DNA of 64,000 nucleotides from a virus (taxonomy: Duplodnaviria; Caudoviricetes): positions 1,083-65,082 of IMG/VR virus record IMGVR_UViG_3300047157_000138. One strand, written 5' to 3'. Shown in pieces: positions 1-13,200 of this stretch (position 1 is its first letter; each line of letters opens with the position of its first letter). The notes beneath the pieces were generated by a model. It searched no databases. It was not told the origin of the DNA and saw only the letters and a program-made list of their open reading frames with translations. Made by a program: the position numbers and the translations under genes.

Positions 1-1422
1 CTACATTTAACACAGATTTAGTATTTTCTACTTCAAATACAGCGTTGCCAGAATATGCATTAAATAATTTTCAAATTTACACTAGTGCTAATAACGCTCC
101 AGGAAGTTATACTGAGTACTCTGGAACTTATAACGTTGTAAATAACCAAATAACCTTTACATCAGCACCTGCCGCTAATACGTATATAGTAGTACAGTTG
201 AAATCTTTAGACGGCGGTAACTTTGGCAACAAGCAAGCTATAGGAACAGCTGTTCAAGAAAATTATGGTAGTTATGGTTATACTTCTTTAAACAATATTA
301 TAAACGGATTTATAGCTACTTATGTAGGAGAACATAAATTAATACCAGACGTAAAAAGAACAGATGTAATATTCCACGCTAAAAGAGGTTTGCAGGAATT
401 TAGTTATGATACTTTAAGAAGTATTAAGTCCCAAGAATTGACTATACCTCCTAGCTTGAGTGTTATAATACCTCAAGACTATGTGAATTACGTTAATATA
501 TCTTATATAGATGCTTTAGGTGTTAAACACCCTATATATCCTGCAAATAATTTGACTATATCTCCTTATGAAGTGCCAATTCAAGATGGAGACGGAGACC
601 CCACTCAAGATTACTTTGGGGACAATTTAGAGGGCACATCCATAACGATGGAAAGATGGGCAGAGGCTAATGATAATTTGCTTAACGGAAATATTAGCGC
701 TAGAGATTATTGGGCTTATTCAGGCTGGCTAACAGGTAACCCAATCTTAGGGGAACGATACGGAAACAACCCTCAGTACACTCAAAGAAACGGTTGGTTT
801 AATATGAACGAAAGAGACGGGACAATAGCTTTTTCTTCTAACCTAAAGGACCGCTTAATCGTGCTGGAATATATTTCAGATGGGTTAGCTTACGAATTGG
901 ATTCAAGAATCCCTAAGATGGCTGAAGAAGCATTATATGCTCATATATTATATTCTATATTAGCGTCTAGAATTAATCAGCCTGAGTACGTTGTACAAAG
1001 ATTAAAAAGAGACAGATCGGCTAAGCTAAGAAATGCAAAAATAAGATTATCAAATGTTAAGCTTGAAGAGATTGTTCAAGTAATGAGAGGTAAATCTAAA
1101 TGGATTAAATCATAATTAAATGGCTCAACAAATAAAAAACACATTTCTAAAGTCTAAGATGAATAAAGATCTTGACGATAGAATATTGCCTAACGGCGAG
1201 TATAGAGATGCTCGGAATATATCTGTTGGTAGATCCGAAGACGACGACGTGGGCGCCATTAGAAAACGTATAATAGGCAATAATCTTAGTTGCTAGGAAC
1301 AGATGTTGGCAATGGGCTTACTGTAATAGGTATAAAAAGTAGCAACTCTACGGATCAAATATTTGTTTTTCTAACAGATTACACCGATCCTAACCCTTCT
1401 AGCGCCTACGGACGCTCCATCT
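1..1422. repeat. Terminal redundancy / circular overlap, copy 1
   Basis: 1-1422 re-occurs at 62571-64000 (starts ctacatttaacacagattta, ends cgctccatct); near-identical except a divergent patch at about 866-1080. Confidence 0.97.
45..1115 (+). CDS. Virion neck/tail structural protein (3' part; real start is seen in the second copy at 62474)
   Basis: Intact ORF; follows capsid genes across the circular join; motifs DVIFHAKRGLQEFSYD, PQDYVNYV, LEYISDGL recalled from Bacteroidota podovirus tail proteins. Confidence 0.65.
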   Translation: MPEYALNNFQIYTSANNAPGSYTEYSGTYNVVNNQITFTSAPAANTYIVVQLKSLDGGNFGNKQAIGTAVQENYGSYGYTSLNNIINGFIATYVGEHKLIPDVKRTDVIFHAKRGLQEFSYDTLRSIKSQELTIPPSLSVIIPQDYVNYVNISYIDALGVKHPIYPANNLTISPYEVPIQDGDGDPTQDYFGDNLEGTSITMERWAEANDNLLNGNISARDYWAYSGWLTGNPILGERYGNNPQYTQRNGWFNMNERDGTIAFSSNLKDRLIVLEYISDGLAYELDSRIPKMAEEALYAHILYSILASRINQPEYVVQRLKRDRSAKLRNAKIRLSNVKLEEIVQVMRGKSKWIKS

Positions 1423-4400
1423 ACCTCTAAACACTACATTTACGTCTATACGACAATACTTCGGGAGATTATACCCTTTTAGTCCAAGGCGAATTCTTAA
1501 ACTTTTCCACGACTAATCGTATAATAGGTATAAACTTAATTGAAAATCTATTATTTTGGACGGACAATAGAAACCAGCCACGTAAAATAAACATTGCACT
1601 ATTTACGAGCAATACTAATGGCGCAAGGTCTTCCAGCACTTCTACGCAAGAATACTACACGCAAGAGCATCAAATTTCTGTAGCAAAGTACAGTCCTTAC
1701 CAGGCCATACAGCTGTACAATAGAATAGATTTAGTGGTTAACACATCTACAACAGCGTACTTTCAGGTAGCTGGAAATCAAGTTTCAGCATTAACTCCAT
1801 TTATAGGGGCAGCCGTTGTTTCTGCTGAACAAGGTACAGCTATAACAGGGCTAGACCATCATATAAAGGTAACCGGCGTACAGCTTGTACAGGTGCAGTA
1901 ATACCCGAAGTATCCGTCTCTCCTAGCTTTGGAACGGCTTTGACTGCTAATACTTACGTTTCTTTGATTATTTCCACTATGACCAATAAGACTGGCGATT
2001 CGGATTGGCCAGGGTGATCCAGACTACTTAGAAGATAGATTCGTTAGGTTTAGTTATAGATTTAAGTATGACGATAACGAGTATTCTTTAATGGCGCCTT
2101 TTACTCAGATTGCTTATATCCCAAAGCAAAATGGATATTTTTTAAACGGTGATGAAGATGCAGCATATCAATCTACTATAGTTAATTTTATGGAAAACCA
2201 AGTTCAGAATATAGGACTAGTTATTCCATTGCCAACTAATGCTAATAGAATAGTACGCGATTATAAAATAAGTGAGGTAGAAATATTATTTAGAGAGAGC
2301 GATAGCTGTTGCGGTTAAGGTTTTGGAAAGCGTAACTGCTGGCGAAATTTCAGGGGCTAGTGGCAGTTGATAATTATTATACTTACGACTACCAGTCAAG
2401 AAAGCCTTACAAGACCCTGCCAGAAGCTCAAACGGTTCGTGTTTATGACAAAGTGCCCGTAAGAGCGTTCTCTCAAGAAAGTTCCGGTAATAGAATTATA
2501 TACGGTAACTATAGAGACCAGCACACTCCGCCTTCGAGCATAAACTACAACTGTAGAATATCTACAAAAAAGTAGCACAGGCAAGTACAATAACTGGATT
2601 GAATACCCTAATCATTCGGTTAAAAGAAACAGAAATTATCAAGTAGGGTTTGTGCTGGCTGACAAGTTCGGTAGACAATCTCCTGTTTTATTGTCTTCCG
2701 TGGATAATGGAATTACTAGCGGCGGCCAATTTTATTCGGGATCGACAATATATAGCCCTTACGATATTGCCGCTACGGATACAAGATGTTCAAGAATTGG
2801 TTTGGAGACGCTATAATGGTATTGGTGAATTCAGAAGTATCTTCAACTAGAAATCTGTCAGAAGGAACCCCTGGACTTATACGCTGTGAAGCAAAATGCG
2901 GCTACATCTACTGCAGAGGGTTACGCCACCACTAGTCAGCCGTTATAGTAGATGATGACACTTATACTTTTAAATTAGACGAAACTAATTTCGCAAACAA
3001 TAACAATATACCGAGAATAGGAGACTATTTAAGAGGAGCTTACGAAGATTTTGTTAAGGTAACAAATATTGTAGAAACAAACCCTGCGCAAAATTTGTAT
3101 GAAGTTACTACTACAGGTAGAGTCAACGACGTTTACCTTCGGGCTGACAATTTGCCTTCTAATACCGCCGATTTAAAATTTGCTTATACCATAAATGATT
3201 TGGGTTGGTATAGTTATAAAATAGTTGTAAAACAAACCGAGCAAGATTACTACAATGTGTATCTGCCCGGAATACTTAATGGATACCCTGGGCAGTCCGG
3301 GGCTGTTAACCCATCTGGCTCTGATACACCTGGTGGAATTGACAATGGTTTATTCCCTACAGATGAAACCAATCTCACTGCGTTTGCAGTATTATTTAAC
3401 GATAACATTAATAAAATACCCAGAGATTTAGCGGAGGTAGGGCCTGATCAAAAACAATATAGGAGCTCTGTTACATTGTATTTGGTAGGGTAACTAATTT
3501 AATGACTACATCGAGTACCTGCTCCGCCGTTTGGAAATCCTTCAACGCCTTACAACAGTCAATATTATGCTAGAATTAATTCGGAAGGCAAAACGGCAAT
3601 ATCGCATACATCGACAGCTATAGCTAGGGCCAAAGAAGTAAATATGGGGTATGCAGATTTATCAAATGATTTTCAAGCAAGTCGCCCTCGAATCCAAAAA
3701 CAATTACTGGGGGAGGAAAAGGAGATGAAGTTTTTTATCAAATAGATACTAACCCATTAATTACTAGAATTTCTACAGTGGATAAGCCTATAGGGGCTAC
3801 TGCGTTAAATGAAACATCAACTTCGAGCAACGATAATGTTCCTACAGGGACTGCTAACATGCTCCCTTACTTGGCAATATACGAAACCGACCCCGTGGAA
3901 TCATTGCTTGATATCTACTGGGAAACAGCTAGCGAGGGGTTAATAGTAGACTTAAACGCGGATGTTCTTTCCGGTTCAGGGGGAGCTACTTCTTTTAAAG
4001 ATGTGACTTGGGTTATTTGACTGAGGCAACGACTCCTGCTGGAAGTTTTGTGACTACATCGTTTTTTGAACCTGTTAATGTGGAAGGGGAGGTTTATTCC
4101 AATCCCTACGACCGCTGAGTTGATTTCTCAATTTAATACGGCAACGGTGATTCTGTGGAGCTATTTGAATTGTTTTCAGGAACAGGGTCCAATGCAGGCG
4201 AATATAAAATAAAGTACATAGGCGACAACCCAATGGTATTCGGCGCTGATAGTCGTACATTAGACGTTTATTCGTTTATCATAAGAGTCACTACAAGTGA
4301 CGGTGATGTTAGCGATCTGACTCTAGCTGGTCAAATAGAAGGTTTTGGCGCTTTAAAAAATATAGCTCCTGACATACACACGTAATATCTGCCTTTCCCA

Positions 4401-5878
4401 CTACAAAAGATACTAGGAGTAATTCTTCCTGCTTTAGGTGCTAGCTGGGATATGGGCAACAGCAAACCCTAGAAATGGTAGCGGCTACACGGCACAAAAT
4501 AGATCTCAACTTGAGTATACTATTACCGGAGGCACATACCCAGATAATTGGGAAATGGATAAAGATAATGGTGAAATTACACAAGCGATTGCGGGAGATA
4601 TTATTGGATGCGTAATATTTGAAGGTAATCCTAATGGTACATATACTGTAGACATCACCGTAACCGACGCGAACGGCGTTACGTTCCCGTCAACGGGGTC
4701 TAATGATTATAAACAACGCAGTGTTACTACGGACTACATCTATAACTATAGGTTATGCCTCTGTTAATGCATCAGCAAAAAGCGGAACTTGTACTGTTAA
4801 CCCTAATCCATCCGCACCTACTTCCGATGTTATTGTAGCCAATACCACACCTGTTACGGGATTGTGGTATATAACGGCGGGCAATACTTCTACATATCTT
4901 GATTTTAATAACTTTTATACAACTTACGGTATAACTGCTAACGATAAAATTAGAATTGGTACTGGGGCGCATGAAAGTGGAACTTTAACAATTACCGCTA
5001 ATTTTAAACAAGAAAATTTACAAACACAAGCAATAGCTAGTAAATTTAAGCTTACTAATGTCCATTATTATTATAGAACTGTAGATACAAGTGGTAACCC
5101 TATCGGCACTTGGCAATTTATACCAAGAAGTGGTGAATTTAATAGATCAGGAATTAGTGAAAAAATAACAGCGCCTAGTTATAATGACCCTAAATACTTT
5201 GTTGGACCATTTGAGGTTAGCGGAGGAGCTATTAGTCAAGGCGATAGTAAATGGCTGCAGCTTGTGAGGGCTTTTAATTTCTTACAAATAACAGAAGGCC
5301 AAAACGTAGCAAGTGTTGAGTATGCTTTTGTAATAGAAGGTTTACAGCGAACAGCTGGAAACAACGATCAACCTATTGCTGGATGGATCAATGCCGATGA
5401 TTTACACTACCCTGCTTGTATTCCGTGGCAAGGCGCTAATATAGCTTCGTCCTCTTATAATGGGACCAATAAAGAATACCGATATTTTAGATCAGCTCCA
5501 GGAGGCACTAGTCCTAATATAGCGCAGCCTAGTTCAGGTAACGTGTTATATGCTGAAACTCCTTTCGGAGAATATGTCGATCAATTTTATACAGACTCAG
5601 CTATGCAAAATGCTTATTTACCAGGAATTAACCCAGCATTTGTAAGTTTTAAACTTGATCTAAACTACGGCACAAGTGGAATAGGAGTTCTTAAAGATTA
5701 TTTAGGATTTGCAATAGGAGATATGACTTGGTCAACTCAATTAAATAGTTCTGATGGCGTTAGAGCGCAGAATAGTGGGCCTACTGTGGGTGTAAATACA
5801 ACACCTACATTTTTAAATTATTCCGCAGAGGGGCCAAATAACGCAGCAGGTTTAAGTAGAATAAATACCACACAATAA
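1120..5878 (+). CDS. Large tail (nozzle/muzzle-like) structural protein, broken by multiple apparent sequencing frameshifts
   Basis: Starts MAQQIKNTFLKSKMNKDLDDRILPNGEYRDARN; fragments LLFWTDNRNQPRKINI, RFSYRFKYDDNEYS, GNRIIYGNY, YKIVVKQTEQDYYNVYLP continue in alternating frames; whether 4703-5878 belongs to the same gene is inferred. Confidence 0.6.
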
Positions 5879-5880
5879 AC

Positions 5881-7464
5881 ATGGCAGCAAACATAGAACT
5901 TAAATACTTTAATACATTCTGGTTAAAAAAAATCAAGACAATAACTGATGTTGTTCCAGGTAAAACAGGTATAACATTTCAAAGTCGATCTGGTCCTGTT
6001 TTTACGGTGTCCCCGGGCGTTACGGAAACTCAGGCTAATGTAGGGCAAGAAATAACCATGAGCTGGACTTTTTCGGGAACAGACTACACATTTTCTACTA
6101 CAATCGTTAGCCGAGGTTCTGGAACTGTTACTGCTTTTACTGTTGCTGCAGTACCCTCTACGCCAATTACAGCTGGAACTCCTATAGTTTTTGGTAAAAT
6201 AATAAATTTTGACAACATACCACAAGCTTATGCTTCTACTCCGGCTAGTGATTGGCTTATAGAAGAATCAAGAATACGAGGAGGATACAACAATACGTCG
6301 GTAGACTTTGGAGTTAAAGCTTATTTAGTAGAAGACGAACCTAAGCAATCTCATAAGTTTAGTGGCTTAATACATTCAGGTGTATTTAACTCTAGAACTG
6401 GTTTTAACGCAACTAATCAGTTTAGTGTAGGTGAAGATATAACAAGGACTATAGATCCAGCTAATGGTTCTATACAGCGTTTATATGCAGAAGATACTAA
6501 CCTTATTATATTCCAAGAAAATAAAGTAAGTAAGTCTTTAATAGATAAAGACGCTATATATTCAGCGGAAGGGAATGCCAGCATTACGAGCCGTAATTTA
6601 GTTATAGGCCAGAATGTAGCTTATGCAGGAGAATACGGAATTAGTAAAGATCCTGAATCTTTTGCTGTTAATGGTTACAGAAAATATTTTACGGATAAAG
6701 ATCAAAACGTAGTATGTAGACTATCAATGGATGGCATTACCGTAATATCAAACTACGGTATGACGGATTTCTTTAGAGATAAATTGTCTAAAGCAACATC
6801 TGGCAAAATTATAGGAGGATGGGATGCTCATAATAAACAATATGTTTTATGTATGTCGGGACCAAACTTAGATGAAAGCTCAGAACCTATTCAATCTTTT
6901 GTAACGTTATCTTTCGACGATAAAGTAAAAGGTTGGACTAGTCTTTTTGATTACAATCCTAATCAAATAATAAGTTTAAATAACGATTATTTTACAACTA
7001 ATTCAGGTAAGCTATACCAACATTATACGTTAGCGCCTAACGCATCGGACAGAGCAGTATTTTACGGAACTAGATATAACTCCAATGTAACTTTTATATT
7101 CAACGGAGCACCTTCTACGGTTAAAAACTTTCAAACTATAAACTACGAAGGCGATAGCGGGTGGAGAATGAATAGCTTTACGACTAATACGGATACAGCT
7201 TTACCAATAACTGAATCAGTTTTTGCAACTACACTGGAACAAATGCAAAATGCATTGCTAATAAATAGGTTCAAAGTAAAAGAAGACAAGTACTATGCTG
7301 ATCTAGTTAACAGTACTCCGTCTCAAAGCGGGGAAGTTGTTTGGGGCGCTTCATCTTCCGGCTTAAAGGGATTCTTTGGTGAAGTAAAAATGGAAATAAA
7401 TAATGCAGGAGCAGGTAAAAAAGAATTATTTGCAGTAAGCACAGGGTTTGTGCAATCATCTTAA
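5881..7464 (+). CDS. Tail structural protein (muzzle / stabilisation-protein C-terminal-like)
   Basis: 527 aa; motifs LIIFQENKV, YAGEYGISKDPESFA, KYFTD, TLSFDDKVKGWTSLFDY, KNFQTINYEG. Confidence 0.6.
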   Translation: MAANIELKYFNTFWLKKIKTITDVVPGKTGITFQSRSGPVFTVSPGVTETQANVGQEITMSWTFSGTDYTFSTTIVSRGSGTVTAFTVAAVPSTPITAGTPIVFGKIINFDNIPQAYASTPASDWLIEESRIRGGYNNTSVDFGVKAYLVEDEPKQSHKFSGLIHSGVFNSRTGFNATNQFSVGEDITRTIDPANGSIQRLYAEDTNLIIFQENKVSKSLIDKDAIYSAEGNASITSRNLVIGQNVAYAGEYGISKDPESFAVNGYRKYFTDKDQNVVCRLSMDGITVISNYGMTDFFRDKLSKATSGKIIGGWDAHNKQYVLCMSGPNLDESSEPIQSFVTLSFDDKVKGWTSLFDYNPNQIISLNNDYFTTNSGKLYQHYTLAPNASDRAVFYGTRYNSNVTFIFNGAPSTVKNFQTINYEGDSGWRMNSFTTNTDTALPITESVFATTLEQMQNALLINRFKVKEDKYYADLVNSTPSQSGEVVWGASSSGLKGFFGEVKMEINNAGAGKKELFAVSTGFVQSS

Positions 7465-7474
7465 ATTGAATTAA

Positions 7475-7939
7475 ATGAATAATGAATTATCAATCAATTT
7501 TATAAAACAATTAGAAGCATTACAGAATGTGCTTATAGAAAGCAATGACGAAGAGGTTTATGGAGACGGTAAAAGTTTAGTCAACAACGAAGAGTTTCCA
7601 ATAACAAATAATTTTACCGACGGGTTATATATGCGCCAAATGAAAATGAAAGCTGATACCATGGTTATAAGTGCTATACACCATACAAATCATTTTTGGT
7701 TTTTATTGTCCGGCAAAGTTATAGTACAAGCAGACAACGAAACTGTTGAGCACATAGCTCCCTGCTGGTCGTACTCCTTAAAAGGAACCAAAAGATTAAT
7801 AAAATGTGTAGAAGATTGTATTTGGATAAACGTAATAGCTAATCCTTCTAACAATACAGATATGAAAAAAGTTGAAAATGAATTTTTTTCCATTACAATG
7901 GAAGAATATAATAAAAAAGAAAAATTATGTCAGGAATAG
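7475..7939 (+). CDS. Cupin-fold protein
   Basis: FTDGLYMRQMKMKADTMVISAIHHTNHFWFLLSGKVIV resembles cupin motif 1 (H-x3-H...L.G). Confidence 0.6.
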   Translation: MNNELSINFIKQLEALQNVLIESNDEEVYGDGKSLVNNEEFPITNNFTDGLYMRQMKMKADTMVISAIHHTNHFWFLLSGKVIVQADNETVEHIAPCWSYSLKGTKRLIKCVEDCIWINVIANPSNNTDMKKVENEFFSITMEEYNKKEKLCQE

Positions 7940-8655
7940 CAATGGGAATTGGAGCTGCCGTATCTATAGTAGGTGGTATAATAGGTAACTCTAAAGCTAA
8001 AAAAGCAGCAAAGCGAGCTGCTCAGGAAAGAGACAGGATTAACAAAAAAATAAATGCTTTTGAAAGAAATAGACAAGCGGTTATAAATCCTTACAGTGAT
8101 GTTAAATCGTTAGCTGGTTTAGCTACTGATCTTAGTAGCGAAATGTCAAATCCTTATGCTACTTTAGGGGTAGCTACTAGCGCGGCTGAAATACAAATGG
8201 AACAAACTGATTTAGCTTTAGCTGCAACATTAGATACATTACAAGCTACAGGAGCAAGTGCCGGCGGCGCAACAGCTTTAGCTAATGCAGCAGCTCGTAG
8301 TAAAAAAGAGGTGTCTGCTAATATAGAACAGCAAGAAGCTCAGAATGAAAAGCTTGCTGCTCAAGGAGAAGCGGATCTGCAAACTAAACAAATTGCTGAA
8401 AAAGCAAGAATACAAGGAATACAAATATCTGAAGGAGGTAGAGAACAAGTGGCTCAGGCCCAAGGAGAAGCGTTTAAGTTTGAAGCTCAAGAAGGACGAG
8501 ACCAAGCAACTCTTGATAGAATGGCTGCAGGGCTTACTCAACAGGAAGCTAACATAGCTAATGCAAACCAAGCAGCTGCCGCTAGTACATCAGCTGCAAT
8601 ATCTAGTATTGGAAATATTGCATCAGCAGGAATTGGACAATTGGGCCCGCAGTAA
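7927..8655 (+). CDS. Putative internal virion / ejection protein
   Basis: Gly/Ala-rich hydrophobic N-terminus, basic patch, Ala/Gln-rich coiled coil; position before large internal proteins is typical of podoviruses. Confidence 0.6.
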   Translation: MSGIAMGIGAAVSIVGGIIGNSKAKKAAKRAAQERDRINKKINAFERNRQAVINPYSDVKSLAGLATDLSSEMSNPYATLGVATSAAEIQMEQTDLALAATLDTLQATGASAGGATALANAAARSKKEVSANIEQQEAQNEKLAAQGEADLQTKQIAEKARIQGIQISEGGREQVAQAQGEAFKFEAQEGRDQATLDRMAAGLTQQEANIANANQAAAASTSAAISSIGNIASAGIGQLGPQ

Positions 8656-8684
8656 AAAATTAAAACACCGTAAAGAAAATAGGC

Positions 8685-10190
8685 ATGAGTTATAGAAATC
8701 CACAAATAATACAAGACAGGTCTGGCGAAATACTAGCTGAAGGCATAAAGAGCTTCGGAGCTTCCATAGCTCAGGGTATTACCGTAAGAGGAGAAAGATT
8801 ACGAGAAGAAAGAGAAAAAAGAGAGTTAGAAAATAAGCAGTTTAATAAAGATCTAATATCACTATCTAATGCTAAGGCTGAAGACGCAGCATTATTTAAT
8901 GAGGGTATAAAAGGTGTAGGAGAGTCTATGCGCCAAGAACTATTAAAAGCCAATGAAGCCTCTTTGCAAAGAATTTACGAAATAAAAAAATTACAACTGT
9001 CTGGTAATGTAGATCCGGCTTTATCCGACGAGCTGGCAAGGGAAAAAATGAAAATACAAGGATATAATGAAATGGCTGAAACGGGTATTGCACAAACAGC
9101 AGTGTTAACAGATCTTGTAGAAAACTGGGACGAAGGAGGTTCAACAATATTTTTAAACAACGGTCCTGACGGAACTGATGCGGAATCCAAAGCTTTTGCT
9201 TTTGGTTTTGGCGGACATAAAGATTATGAATCAGGATTTAGATGGGAAGATGGCGAGATGGTTGCTTTTGCTAAGAAAAAAGGAGAAGGTAATCAAGAAT
9301 ATGTAATACCTAGATCTAGCTTTACACAGAGAATGAATTCGTTAACTAGGGAAATGGACAATATGCAAGTCAATGTTTCTGACGAAGTAGGCAGCAAGGT
9401 CTTTGATGAGGGAGGTGCAGGAAGTAATTTTAATGACTCTATAAAAACACGTAGCGAATATTCGTACCAAACACAAGAAGGTACGGGCAAAACTATGAAG
9501 GTTCAAACAATGTTCATTGATAACACTGCAAAAATGGATGAAATACGTAACCAAACAATTAACGATGTAAAAGCTAGCTTAGATGGGGTTGATGGAAACA
9601 AGCAAGAACTTAATCACTATTTAGATAGTGTAGCAGCTACACGAACTGTAGATGGCAAAGAAGAGGTGGTTGATGCGGATGATTGGTTGAGCATGACAGA
9701 AGAAGAAAAATCCGCTCTTGCAAAAAAAGTGGGGGATACTTTATTTTTTAATAGAACAAAATTAGAAGAAAAAGACGGCCAATATTTTAAAGTATTAGAG
9801 TCTAAACCTGTAGATGACCAAAAAGAAAGTTATGATTACATACTTAATAAATTTGAATCTAAAGAATTTAATGACAATAAAGAATGGGCTTCCGAGGTTA
9901 GTACTTTAATGGGCTATGGAGACGATGAGAAGTTTGAACTTCAAGCAGATGGTAGCTTTAAGGTGGAAACCAAAGAACGGGAAGAACCTGATTACAGCGG
10001 AATAACAGGAAATCCAGAAGAGAGGGAAAGGAAAAAAGCTGAAAGAAAAGCAAATGCCCCTTTTAAAACTAAGATTATAAACATTGACAGAAGAACATTG
10101 ACTAATAGATTAATGAAAGGTGCAGGCTTGTCTTACGCGGATGCTGATAAACTGGCAGCGAAAATAATGAAAAAGAAAAAAACAAATTAA
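8685..10190 (+). CDS. Putative internal virion protein
   Basis: 501-aa charged helical ORF between the ejection-like gene and the giant gene. Confidence 0.5.
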   Translation: MSYRNPQIIQDRSGEILAEGIKSFGASIAQGITVRGERLREEREKRELENKQFNKDLISLSNAKAEDAALFNEGIKGVGESMRQELLKANEASLQRIYEIKKLQLSGNVDPALSDELAREKMKIQGYNEMAETGIAQTAVLTDLVENWDEGGSTIFLNNGPDGTDAESKAFAFGFGGHKDYESGFRWEDGEMVAFAKKKGEGNQEYVIPRSSFTQRMNSLTREMDNMQVNVSDEVGSKVFDEGGAGSNFNDSIKTRSEYSYQTQEGTGKTMKVQTMFIDNTAKMDEIRNQTINDVKASLDGVDGNKQELNHYLDSVAATRTVDGKEEVVDADDWLSMTEEEKSALAKKVGDTLFFNRTKLEEKDGQYFKVLESKPVDDQKESYDYILNKFESKEFNDNKEWASEVSTLMGYGDDEKFELQADGSFKVETKEREEPDYSGITGNPEERERKKAERKANAPFKTKIINIDRRTLTNRLMKGAGLSYADADKLAAKIMKKKKTN

Positions 10191-10200
10191 ATAATTAAAT

Positions 10201-13200
10201 ATGTATAAATACCGAATAGGCAAAAAAGAAGTTGTATTTAATTCCCCAGAAGAAAGAGAAAAAGGATTAGCAGAAGCTGAGGCAGCAGGGTTAACCATAG
10301 AGCTTATATACGATCACAGTGAAGAAACTGGTGATGGTTCTTTTAATATAAAAGATGATTGGGAAACTGATGATTTTACAACCGGTAAAGATTTAGATAA
10401 GGTTTTTCAAACAGATGCTGCAGAGGGTGCGGATGTGGTGTCAGAAACTACAGCACAAGATACGGAATTATCCTTGGAGGATGGTTCTTCGGTATCAATA
10501 GAGCCTCTTGAAGGTGATGATTTAGCAGTTATAGAGGGATCAGACCCTATTACTGAAACTATAAAGTTTGCTAGTCTTCCTGAAGAGGTTAAAAAAGAAA
10601 CAAGATTCCAAGCGGGGATAGCTAACACCATTGCAAAAACTTTCGTGGAAAGAGATGTTTTTCAATTAGAAGATAAATTACCTGGTCAAAATGTAAGCGA
10701 GATGGATAAAGAGGGTAAGCTAACTATGCTAACTTCCGAAGCTATCAACAATTATTTTGCAAGTCAGCCAGGCGAAACTTTATTAGACAACGAACAAATA
10801 GATGCAATAGCTTTTAATATTGTAAACGATTTAAAGCAAGCTGAAATAGCCGAAATAAATAATAAAAGCAGTATAGCTGCTAAAAGACTAAAAGATCCAG
10901 ACGCTTTTGTAGCTACTTCTATTAATAATAGCTTTGATAAAATGACTAAGCCTCAGCAAGAGCTTATAGTTGCTAGACAAAATCTTGCAAATGCTAATAA
11001 AATATTTGAAGGCGAAGATTATAAACAAAGAATGGCTAATGCTCAAAATATAATAGATCTTGAGGAAAAAGTAAGTGTTGCTAGAGACAATTATAAAAAG
11101 GGAGCCACCGGTCTTTCGGATATTAACACTGGAAAACAATTAACGCGGCCAGAGCTTATTCAATATGAGTTAGAGGGCAAAGAAACAGCAGATTATTCTG
11201 ATGAAATAAAAGATTTAATAAAATCTTTACCTACTACTAGCGAAAAGCTAAAATCTTCATGGATAGGAAATACTATTGAAATTCAAGAACTTAATGAAGA
11301 ACTACAAAATAAAGTAACATTAGTTTCAAAGCCCGGCAGAGGCGATGGTATACAGCGAGAGTATACTTTTGAACAACTAATGAAGCTCAGAAACGCAGGT
11401 ACAGACTTAGAAATATTCGATGTAGCCGTAGGAGAAGATGAGCAGTTAGCTCAAAGCATTAGCAACGATATGTTTGACAATTACAATAATCGTCGTAGAG
11501 CTCTTAATATAAAACAACAAGCTTTAGACGAACTGTATTTGTACGACATTGACCCTGGATCTGTTGAAAAAAAAGGTACTGGTTTACTTTCACAGTTTGA
11601 AAAAACAGCTTTAAAAGCTACCTTTGGAGATGTTATTGAAGATATTTACCCTCAAACGCAGAGGGATTTATTAGATGTTACAGAAAATGTATTTTCGGAT
11701 TTAGGCATAGAGACAACTGAAGCTCAAAAAAAGAATTTTGAAAGAACTTTTGGAATGCAAGTTGCAGAAGGGGTTGGTTATTTTGTACCTGAATTGGCTA
11801 AGTTTGCTGTAGCTAACGCAATAACCGGAGGTGTTTTAGGAACTGCTAAAACAATGGTACAAACTGCTAATGGTTGGAAAGCTATTACTTGGGCTAATAG
11901 AATAAATCAATTAAAAAGAAGTGGAAGTACTTTAAATAAAGCAAAAGGCTTAGTGTTCGATGCTATCGTTGAAGAGATTAAATTTAAAGGAGTAACCGGT
12001 GGTGAATCTGCCACTGGAGCTGGGGCTGGTTTTGCATTAGGCGGAGCCGGGTTTAGAGCGTTGCCTTTTAAATTAAGCCCTAAAGTATTAAGCTATAGAA
12101 ACCAAGCTGTAATAAACCCTATATTTAATAAAGTTGTAGGCGGCGGAATTGGTGGTGCTACATCTTCAGAGGTTGCTTTAGTTGTTGAGGATATGTACAA
12201 AGCAGCTACTACCGATAAAGATTTACTTAACCTACTTAAGAAAAGTTTTGTAGAAGATGCTGATGGCAACGATGTAGACGTTTTAGAAAGATACTTTGTT
12301 AATGCTGCTGTATTTTCTGCTATAGGGGTTACTCACATGAGACCTAAAGATATTAGAAAAATATCTACTGTTAGAAACCTTAATAATCAATATAACGGCA
12401 AACTAGACCTAGAAAACGCTATTAGAAAAAAAAATAAGGCTAAAGGCAAAATTATAGAAAAAGAAATGTCTGAGGTTGAGTATAATAATCTTATAGATAA
12501 AATTTTTCAAACGGAAAGTATTTTAGCAGTAGCTGATAAAGGTTATAATGAATTAGATTTATCTAAAATTAGAGAGCAAAGAGATGACGCTCAAAATTGG
12601 TTAAGTACAGATCCTAGCAAAAGAAGCGATGCTTTTACAGATTCCGCTCAAGCTAGAGCCGTTATAAATAAGTACGATCAGTCCATTACTAGAGTAAGAT
12701 CTGTTATCAATAAAACATTAGAAAACGTTGAAGAGTCTAATATTCTTGGTAATGATTTTAAATACAAGGTTGTAGACACCCTTCCTGAAGGAGACAAAGG
12801 ATTATTTCTTCCAAAGTCAAATGAAATTATAATAAATTTAAGCGAGTTTAAAGCGGGTGTTACTGAACATGAAATTAACCATGCTATCATTAATAAGCTC
12901 ATAACATCTAATTCTGAGTTAGCTATAGGACTAAGAAAAATAATAGAAGCCGATGTATCCGCTAAGCTAAAGGGAATAGAATTTAAGCTAGGAGAAGAAG
13001 ACTTAGAATTAAGCGAATGGATAGATAAAACTCATGCGGATAAAGACGAAAGAGGTAAAGCAGACGAGTATATATCATACCTAACTGAAATGTTTAATAA
13101 CCCCAAATACCGAGAAAAACTTATTGATACTGGTGTTATAAGCGATTTAAAAAATTCTATTAGCACTGTAATGGAAAACTTTGGAATGAAACGGGGGAGC

